Assembly (NCBI RefSeq): GCF_002287175.1
Contig: NZ_LMVM01000023.1
Location: 149,921-181,920, forward strand
Direction of reading: 5' to 3'
Source: Methanobacterium bryantii
GTDB lineage: Archaea > Methanobacteriota > Methanobacteria > Methanobacteriales > Methanobacteriaceae
Length of the DNA: 32,000 nt
A model generated the notes under the pieces. The model saw nothing but the letters and a program-made list of their open reading frames with translations, did no database searches and had not been told where the DNA came from. This document shows positions 10,527-17,664 of the stretch, one piece after another; position 1 is the stretch's first letter; every line of letters starts with the position of its first letter. Made by a program: the position numbers and the translations under genes.

Positions 10527-10555
10527 ATTTACTTTTTTTATTTTTCTCTAATGTT

Positions 10556-11376
10556 TCAATCCATTTCAAAATAATGATTAATTATACTTCTTTTTAATAT
10601 CAACATCACTTCATCCACTAACATGCCCTCATTAGATTCAGCAGCTGATCTTTTAACAGTTTCAAGATGATACAAGACATGCTTAACTATTCTTTCTTTT
10701 TCTGTTTTATCCTGATTTTCATCCAAATACCACTTGTAATCCCTAACTACTCTTAAACCCGCTCTGAATATCCCCTAATCATATTTCACCAATGAAGCAT
10801 TCATGATATAAATAATTGGTGGTATTGGGTCATCTTTTTCTATTAGTTTCCCATCTGCACTGGCAGCTGCCAAAATACTTTTCTCAGTAATTCTTTCTGT
10901 AAGTTTACCAATTACAGCAGAAGGTTTCAGAAGGTCCAAAATATTCCGTATATAAGGTATCAAAGCTATAAATGCAAACATGCTGATGTAGTATGCAAAA
11001 AGAATATAATTTTCAAGGTGAAATCCTGCTTTGAGTGTCAACTATGAGTTTCAGTAAAGTTACACAGTATGCTATGGCAAAAATGTAAACCACAATCAAA
11101 ACCCAGAGGTCTGGAGTTCTCTTGAATATATCAATTACTTGGAGAAGACGATGCAGCAAGCTGCACTGCTACTAGACTTAAAGTAACGACTATAGCTAAA
11201 TAGTAGCTTCGATTTCAATAAAAGAACTTAATATATAACGGGCACTGTCTATACCTGTATAAAGTAGCTTAAAATGATAAAAGAAGATATGAAACCAGTG
11301 TAACCATTACAAAGATAACTAAATAAATCGTCAATCCACGCAGCCAATCATTTTAAAATGAAACATTAAGCACCAT
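10556..11376 (-). pseudogene. Decayed paralog of the adjacent DUF2254-like membrane protein
   Basis: In-frame TAG at 10775-10777 (NASLVKYD*GIFRAGLRVV vs intact HSSMMKYDYGTMRYGLNVL); upstream fragments VIDIFKRTPDLWVLIVVYIFAIAYCVTLLK and SARYILSSFIEIEAT / LAIVVTLSLVAVQLAASS align with the intact paralog in shifted frames. Confidence 0.88.
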
Positions 11377-11419
11377 ATATTATTATAGTTCATTATAAAG
11401 CACTTTCTTTTCTCTAAAC

Positions 11420-13006
11420 TCAATCTAATTTTTTTTTATACCTTACCTTCTCTCCATCATGAATACTTTTTTCCTTTATTATTTTGTTAATCTTTTCTAA
11501 GGAAGACTGAGCGGCTAAGCTTGTTTCTTTAACTTCCAGTTCTTTTGCTCTTTTTCTTATATTTTCAAGGGATTCTTTGGCATGTTTTAATATACTATGG
11601 GCAGCTAAAACGCTTAATTCACTCCATACAGCTATTCTTCCAATTTCCCACAAATATTCAGCCACGTCATTTGTATTTTTGCTAAATTCAGATTCTAAAG
11701 CAGCTGTGCCCAAATTAGAGAGATAATTCACTATCCTTATGGTAGTCTTAGGGAGATCATTTCTTGCCGTATATCTTCCCATATTCCCCATGGAATTTAC
11801 TGCACTGGAAACCGACTGCTCCAATTTTTGAGTTATTGCCAACTTCCCAATTCCGTAGATAGTTCCCCCCATCCAAACTGTTTCTTCCAATCCACGTTGA
11901 GCATGTTTAGCTGCATCTATAGCAATAATTCCCAGTGAATTAACCGCTACGCTGGTTGCAAAATCAAGTTCATTTTGAGCAGTCCATCTGCCAATTTCCC
12001 CTATTAAATCAGTTGCCGCTGCTCTTATATCAACCATTTCTCGATTTATAGCCAGTCTAGCAATATTTTTAATGGAATTAACTGCTTCACCCACCACGCT
12101 CTCAATCTTATTTTCCATGGCCGTTTTTCCAATTAAATAGATAGTAATTACTACTTCCATAACAGAATCTTCGTCATCACGGCTTGCTGCTAACTTTCCA
12201 ACCCTTTCCAGATGAGTAAATATGTGCTTTACTACTATACCCTCTTCCCGCTCAAATTTTCCATTTTTAAGTGTAGCCATCATATAATTTTCAAGTACAT
12301 TCAATCCATACCTCATTGTTCCATAATCGTATTTCATCATTGAGCTGTGTATAATATCAATTACAGGTTGAACTGGATCACTTTCAGTGTCAATAACCGG
12401 TCTCATTATATCTGAATAAATGTAAGAATAGCTAATATCATTTGAATCAGCACCAACAATTTTTTCAGATTCTTGAACACCGGCTAAAATGTTTTCATTT
12501 GTTATCCTTTCAGCAAACCTATCTACTACTGTTGAAGACTTCATAATCTCAAGAGACCCTAACAAATAAGGTATTAAAGCACCAAATGCAAAAATACCAA
12601 GAAAATAAGCAACCCAAACACTAATCTCAAAATTTAAAATACCACTTGCATGAATAGCATCTATAGCATTTAAAACTGTTAATCCATAGCCAATGGCAAT
12701 AATATAAATTCCCACAATCAGCCAGATTGATGGAGAATCCTCAAATATATCTATAACCCTAGTTGAATAAGAAGAAGCAGTTAACTGGAGAACAACGAGT
12801 GTTAATGTTATGACTATAGCTATGACGGTGGCTTCACTTTCAACAAGAGTAGACAAAACAAATCTAGTGCTTTCAATAGATTTATAGATGAATGCGGGCG
12901 AGAAATAATACAAAATAAAAGAGGATATCAGTATTAAAGAACCTGAAACCAAGAAATATATTCTTAAACTCCGGGATAATCTAGCTAAGAAGAACAAATT
13001 AAGCAC
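11420..13006 (-). CDS. DUF2254-like integral membrane protein with C-terminal HEAT-like helical repeats
   Basis: 528 aa; four N-terminal TM segments, ESEATVIAIVITLTLVVLQLTASSYSTRVIDIF similar to the DUF2254 core; recurrent AVNSxGxIxR-type units in the C-terminal half. Confidence 0.75.
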   Translation of the reverse strand: MLNLFFLARLSRSLRIYFLVSGSLILISSFILYYFSPAFIYKSIESTRFVLSTLVESEATVIAIVITLTLVVLQLTASSYSTRVIDIFEDSPSIWLIVGIYIIAIGYGLTVLNAIDAIHASGILNFEISVWVAYFLGIFAFGALIPYLLGSLEIMKSSTVVDRFAERITNENILAGVQESEKIVGADSNDISYSYIYSDIMRPVIDTESDPVQPVIDIIHSSMMKYDYGTMRYGLNVLENYMMATLKNGKFEREEGIVVKHIFTHLERVGKLAASRDDEDSVMEVVITIYLIGKTAMENKIESVVGEAVNSIKNIARLAINREMVDIRAAATDLIGEIGRWTAQNELDFATSVAVNSLGIIAIDAAKHAQRGLEETVWMGGTIYGIGKLAITQKLEQSVSSAVNSMGNMGRYTARNDLPKTTIRIVNYLSNLGTAALESEFSKNTNDVAEYLWEIGRIAVWSELSVLAAHSILKHAKESLENIRKRAKELEVKETSLAAQSSLEKINKIIKEKSIHDGEKVRYKKKLD

Positions 13007-13249
13007 CAGTATACTATCTAGTTTTAATGTTTAAAATAATAATTTTATTACAGAAAGTAATTTAACCAGAAATGTTTTTTTCCAAGATATTAAAGTGATT
13101 ATCAAGTTTATTGATGTTTAAAAGTTTCACATCATATAAAAACTCCATAAAATGTAATCTTCAATTTGACTATAAGATCCTGCTCTTACCTTTTTAAAAT
13201 ATTTTAAGCATCATGTAAAAAAAAATAAATCTAAAATATGGGGAGAAGA

Positions 13250-14077
13250 TTAGTCCCTCAAGCCCAATTCAGTTACTTTCTTCTCAACATCAGTCTTGTC
13301 TGGAATAAGGTAATATATTCCATTAACACGCTGGCTTTTCCCAGTAATTATCTCAGTCGGAGCATCATTTATGTCAAAATCCAGAAGAAGTTTTCCAAGC
13401 CTTACTGAGTCATAAATAGGAACATTTGTATGTGTATTTTCACTCAACTGGCTTAAAATAGATGGCAATTTAGGTAAATTAGAAGTTTCTAATGACTCCC
13501 TGATAATTTCTGCAATAATCTTTTGATGTCTCTGCACCCTTCCAATGTCTCCTTTACTGTCCTGTCTAAAACGCGCGTAAAGCAACGTTTGATCTCCATT
13601 AAGTTTATGTACGCCTGCAGGTGCTAATTCCGGCCGGTAATCAGCGATTTGTGGTTCGACATTGACATTAATTCCGCCCAGAGCATCCACAATACTTTTG
13701 AACTCTTCAAAGTCTATCACAACATAATAATCTATATGTACGTTCAAGAAATTTTCTACAGTAGTGGTTGTCAAGTTAATTCCACCATAACCATAGGCAG
13801 CATTGATCTTATCCATACCATGTCCCGGTATATCTACTTTACTATCCCTCGGAATAGAAAGAAGGGAAACTTTCTTTGTCTTCTTATCAATGGAAAGAAT
13901 TGTTATAGAGTCCGTATTACCCGAATAAATTGAATTTTGAGCATCTCTACCCAACAATAATATATTTATCTTACCACCCGTTTGTTGATCTGTAAGTTCA
14001 AATTCAACCAGGATAACTGCAGTAATTGAAACCAATATCAATATTATAACTATAAGAGCTTTTTGCCACCTTTTCAT
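13250..14077 (-). CDS. LytR-CpsA-Psr (LCP) family exported protein
   Basis: 275 aa; N-terminal signal anchor, INILLLGRDAQNSIYSGNTDSITILSIDKKTKKVSLLSIPRDSKVDIPG, INAAYGYGG, YYVVIDFEEFKSIVDALGGINVNV, LNGDQTLLYARFRQDSKGDIGRVQRHQKII. Confidence 0.95.
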   Translation of the reverse strand: MKRWQKALIVIILILVSITAVILVEFELTDQQTGGKINILLLGRDAQNSIYSGNTDSITILSIDKKTKKVSLLSIPRDSKVDIPGHGMDKINAAYGYGGINLTTTTVENFLNVHIDYYVVIDFEEFKSIVDALGGINVNVEPQIADYRPELAPAGVHKLNGDQTLLYARFRQDSKGDIGRVQRHQKIIAEIIRESLETSNLPKLPSILSQLSENTHTNVPIYDSVRLGKLLLDFDINDAPTEIITGKSQRVNGIYYLIPDKTDVEKKVTELGLRD

Positions 14078-14204
14078 TTTAACCCCTCTCGCATATCATA
14101 CTTTAAAATCCGTTAAAGCTTTAAACAGCTTGGTATTTATTTTACAAAGACTTCAAATTATTAAGTCCGTTTATAATTTTTTATTAAAAAACCCAAATAA
14201 TAAA

Positions 14205-14855
14205 TCATTTTCTACATTTTAAATAATCATTATACTTATTTATGTTTAAAAGTTCCATATCATCACGGGGAGGGACCCCATAAAATATAATACGATTTTT
14301 AACCATTTTTCTCAAAATTGGGTTCAAATTATCTTTATTTCCAGTTAAATATTTTTTTAAAATATCTGTGTGGCATGCAAATGGCATTCCAAGACCTTCT
14401 GCACTATCCAAATATCCTGATTTTCCCCTTGCAAGAATTGAAACCGTATTTTGGGGTTCGGGGCTATTGAATATTTTCATTACAATATTTTTAAAAGTTT
14501 CAGATGATACCGTGGGTTGATCTGCTGCAACACAAAGGCAAAAATCATTTTCAGCCTTTTTAACTCCATTTAAAAGAGATTCCGATAATTCAACATTAAT
14601 TTCATGATTTATGACTATTTTAACTCTTTCATCATCAAATTCATCCAGTACGGATATTATTTCATCACTGAAGTGTCCTAAAACAACGATACATTCGTCG
14701 ACACCAGCATTTAACGTATTTTGAAGTGTTTGTAATATTATTGGATTTCCACGAAAATCAAGGAGAAGTTTATGCCGAATTTCCATTCCACGAGATCTAA
14801 AATCTTCCCTCATTCGCCTATTTTTACCTGCCGCAGTTATAATTGCTGATACCAT
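14205..14855 (-). CDS. MobA-like NTP transferase domain protein
   Basis: 216 aa; VSAIITAAGKNRRM...HKLLLDFRGNPIILQTLQN, CLCVAADQPTVSS, GLGMPFACHTDILKKYL. Confidence 0.88.
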   Translation of the reverse strand: MVSAIITAAGKNRRMREDFRSRGMEIRHKLLLDFRGNPIILQTLQNTLNAGVDECIVVLGHFSDEIISVLDEFDDERVKIVINHEINVELSESLLNGVKKAENDFCLCVAADQPTVSSETFKNIVMKIFNSPEPQNTVSILARGKSGYLDSAEGLGMPFACHTDILKKYLTGNKDNLNPILRKMVKNRIIFYGVPPRDDMELLNINKYNDYLKCRK

Positions 14856-14966
14856 TTAAATCACATTAATATTACAAACCAGTTAGTTATTCCATTAAAC
14901 ACGGAATATAAAATTTAAAAGTTATAAATAATAGAAAAAAAGGAAATTTAAAATTATTCCTTTAAA

Positions 14967-16136
14967 TCAATTAGGAACAAGTTCAATAACCTTAGTATAT
15001 ATGTTCATACTAGTTCCAGACCCTTCAGTCCACATTAATATCTTAATTGGGTAATCCTTAGTATTTGTAACTGTTATACCAGTAGCAGGGTTATAACCTA
15101 ATTTTACAGCATATTCCCCTGACTGCATGCCAACTGGGAGTCCCAATCCGGCATCAAATAGTGCACCTCTCAGCGACCTTGCTGCAGGGCAAACACCATG
15201 AGTTACCCATCCAGCTGAAACAGTTGTATCAGAAACTCTTTCAAATCCTACTGTTTCCTTTCCTGATGAAGTTGTGTGTGGTGGAATTATAGTTCCATTC
15301 CATGCTTCTGCAAACGAATGTGCATTATATGCCCTTTTTGCATTATCATACTCAGCATAATAACCAACTGTATCTGCTCCAGTTCCAATGACTTTTTGGG
15401 TTACAGAACTATTATAAGCAAGTATTGGCAATCCTGCAGGATAATTTTCCATGTAATCTAATACATCACTTCCAAATAAGGATTCAATATTTTCAGGCGT
15501 GACCAAATTCCTTCCATCGTTGAACTTTGAAATTGCATAATCTAAAGTTATACTATCTCCAGTGCTGGCGCTTTCATACCAGTCTTTAAGAGTGTTTACG
15601 CTTACATAATCATGAGGCACAGTACCATTATTGATCTGATCGTAAGGCACTACTTTTACAGTGTTTTTTCCTTCTATTATTTTCAAACCATCATTTGTCT
15701 TAACTCCAAAGGTATAAGAAGTTTTATATCCATAAACAAAATTACCAGGGTAAGTAACAGTCAATTTATTATCTGTAACCGCTAAAATTCCAGGACCACT
15801 GAATCCCTGTGCAACTCCTTCTTTTGATATACCAGTACTTGTAAGCTGATCAGTTGGAGTTTTAACTGTACCCGTAACCACCGCATCTATAACATCTAAA
15901 AATTCCATGTTACTTATATAATACCCTAAGTATTCAGGATGATAAAGTAAAGGAACCTTTCTAATTTTACTATCATCTGTAACCTGAGTTCCGACTATAA
16001 CAGTATCGCCTACACTCAAAGAAGTGATGTCTGTTGGTCCCTGTTGTGGACAGTAAGTTCCCACAATATTTCCAAATGGATACATGGCCAGTGCCAGTAA
16101 AATAAGTACAGCTATGTTAATTTTTGAATTTCCCAA
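14967..16136 (-). CDS. Exported protein with a VanW-like C-terminal region
   Basis: 389 aa; N-terminal hydrophobic signal, C-terminal HGVCPAARSLRGALFDAGLGLPVGMQSG...GYNPATGITVTNTKDYPIKILMWTEG resembles the VanW GVCQ...L..A...AGL...F.N.T..P..I pattern. Overlaps the upstream Mur ligase by 20 nt. Confidence 0.6.
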   Translation of the reverse strand: MGNSKINIAVLILLALAMYPFGNIVGTYCPQQGPTDITSLSVGDTVIVGTQVTDDSKIRKVPLLYHPEYLGYYISNMEFLDVIDAVVTGTVKTPTDQLTSTGISKEGVAQGFSGPGILAVTDNKLTVTYPGNFVYGYKTSYTFGVKTNDGLKIIEGKNTVKVVPYDQINNGTVPHDYVSVNTLKDWYESASTGDSITLDYAISKFNDGRNLVTPENIESLFGSDVLDYMENYPAGLPILAYNSSVTQKVIGTGADTVGYYAEYDNAKRAYNAHSFAEAWNGTIIPPHTTSSGKETVGFERVSDTTVSAGWVTHGVCPAARSLRGALFDAGLGLPVGMQSGEYAVKLGYNPATGITVTNTKDYPIKILMWTEGSGTSMNIYTKVIELVPN

Positions 16137-17658
16137 GTATTTCTGAAGAATATTTAACTCCCCCTTCCCCTATTATCAGAATGATATCCTCTTTTTTCGC
16201 TTCATTTATTGCTAAATTTAAGCTCTCTCCCACCTGTACCTTACTTGCGCCTAAAGTTCCTATTTTAGAGCCCTTTTTGCTAGATTCTGTCAATATAACA
16301 TGGTTATTAACATTAATCTTAGATGAAGCTTTTCTACTAGCATTCGATGCTACTACTATAACATCTGCATCTTTTAATATTTTTGCTATTTCTATATCTC
16401 CCTCAATTCCACTTTCAGAGGATACAGTATTTACAACGATTAATCTTGAGGTTTCTGGTTTTTCTCGGATTAAAGTTTGAATTATTGCTTTAACACCCGC
16501 AGGATTATGGGCATAATCTATTATTACCTGCTTCCCAATATCAACTTTCTGAAATCGGCCTTTTACACCTTCAAAAGTCTCAATACCCTTAACAATATCA
16601 TTAAAATCAATATTAAGCGCTGTAGCTCCGCTTGCTGCGGCAAGGGCATTGTAAACATTGTGAACACCTGCCTGTCTGAGTTTAACTTCTGCAGTATTTG
16701 ATCCTATAACAAGTTTAAAAGAGTCATTCTTTACATCAAATGCTTTAACATCAGGTTCGGGGCGTTTAAATCCACAAGAACATTTATAAACTCCAAGATG
16801 ACCCAAATAATGTAATGAATATTCAAGTTTTTTGCCACATAGAGGGCACTCTCTTATTTCAGGATAAGCTTCTATTTCCAAAGCTATATCCTCAATTCCA
16901 TAAAAAAAGATTTTATGAGATGTATCATTACTAAAACCAGTTACTACAGGGTCATCTGCATTGAAAATTAAACAGTTGGCAACATCTACAATCTCTCTTT
17001 TACAGCTTATATAATCCTGGAAGTTATGGGATCCACTTAAATGATCCTTAGAAATGTTGGTTATAATCCCTATGCTTACCTCAGATTTAAGGGCGCAGTT
17101 TTTAATTTCATTAGGATTTCCATGAGTACCTATCTCTAAAACAGCGACATCTCCCTCAAGTCTTGCCTGAAAAGAAGGTGTTAATTCCGTATTTCCCTGC
17201 ATTTTCAGTTTATGTTCAGGAGTTCTATATCCGCTGAGATTTAATATATTTTTAAGCATCCATGTTGTGGTGGTCTTTCCGTTGGTACCTGTTATTCCAA
17301 CCACAGGTTTACTTACTTTACATGTGCTTAAAATCTCATCCACACTTATTATATCTGCGCCTGTAACGCTCTTTATTTTTCCAATCAATTTGTTATTTTG
17401 AAGTAAACTTGGAGCAACTACAATTACATCTGCATTTTTCAGGATGTTTTCGTCATGTTCTCCAAGATTGAGTTTTATCCCCTCTTCTTCAAGGATATTT
17501 ATCTGCGGACTGTCTGTTGAAAGATCAGATACCGTGACGTCAGCACCGTTATCCTTTAAAACCCTTGCCATTAAACTCCCAACAGTTCCGCAGCCACCGA
17601 TAACTACTGCTTTGAATTCTTGTTCTTTCATAAAAATAAATCCGTTTAGCTGGTTCAC
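16117..17658 (-). CDS. Mur ligase family protein with N-terminal Rossmann-like domain and MurT-like Cys4 insert (putative pseudomurein peptide ligase)
   Basis: 513 aa; VVGITGTNGKTTTTWMLKNIL, VLEIGTHGNPNE, ECPLCGKKLEYSLHYLGHLGVYKCSCGF, VIIDYAHNPAGVKAII. Confidence 0.9.
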   Translation of the reverse strand: MNQLNGFIFMKEQEFKAVVIGGCGTVGSLMARVLKDNGADVTVSDLSTDSPQINILEEEGIKLNLGEHDENILKNADVIVVAPSLLQNNKLIGKIKSVTGADIISVDEILSTCKVSKPVVGITGTNGKTTTTWMLKNILNLSGYRTPEHKLKMQGNTELTPSFQARLEGDVAVLEIGTHGNPNEIKNCALKSEVSIGIITNISKDHLSGSHNFQDYISCKREIVDVANCLIFNADDPVVTGFSNDTSHKIFFYGIEDIALEIEAYPEIRECPLCGKKLEYSLHYLGHLGVYKCSCGFKRPEPDVKAFDVKNDSFKLVIGSNTAEVKLRQAGVHNVYNALAAASGATALNIDFNDIVKGIETFEGVKGRFQKVDIGKQVIIDYAHNPAGVKAIIQTLIREKPETSRLIVVNTVSSESGIEGDIEIAKILKDADVIVVASNASRKASSKINVNNHVILTESSKKGSKIGTLGASKVQVGESLNLAINEAKKEDIILIIGEGGVKYSSEILGKFKN

Positions 17659-17664
17659 TGAAAT

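Noticed and set aside
10775-10777. Possible pyrrolysine (UAG) readthrough in the 10556-11041 frame
   Set aside because: The upstream part of the same gene also contains frameshifts and additional stops, the tyrosine-to-TAG change fits simple pseudogenisation, and Methanobacteriales generally lack the Pyl system.
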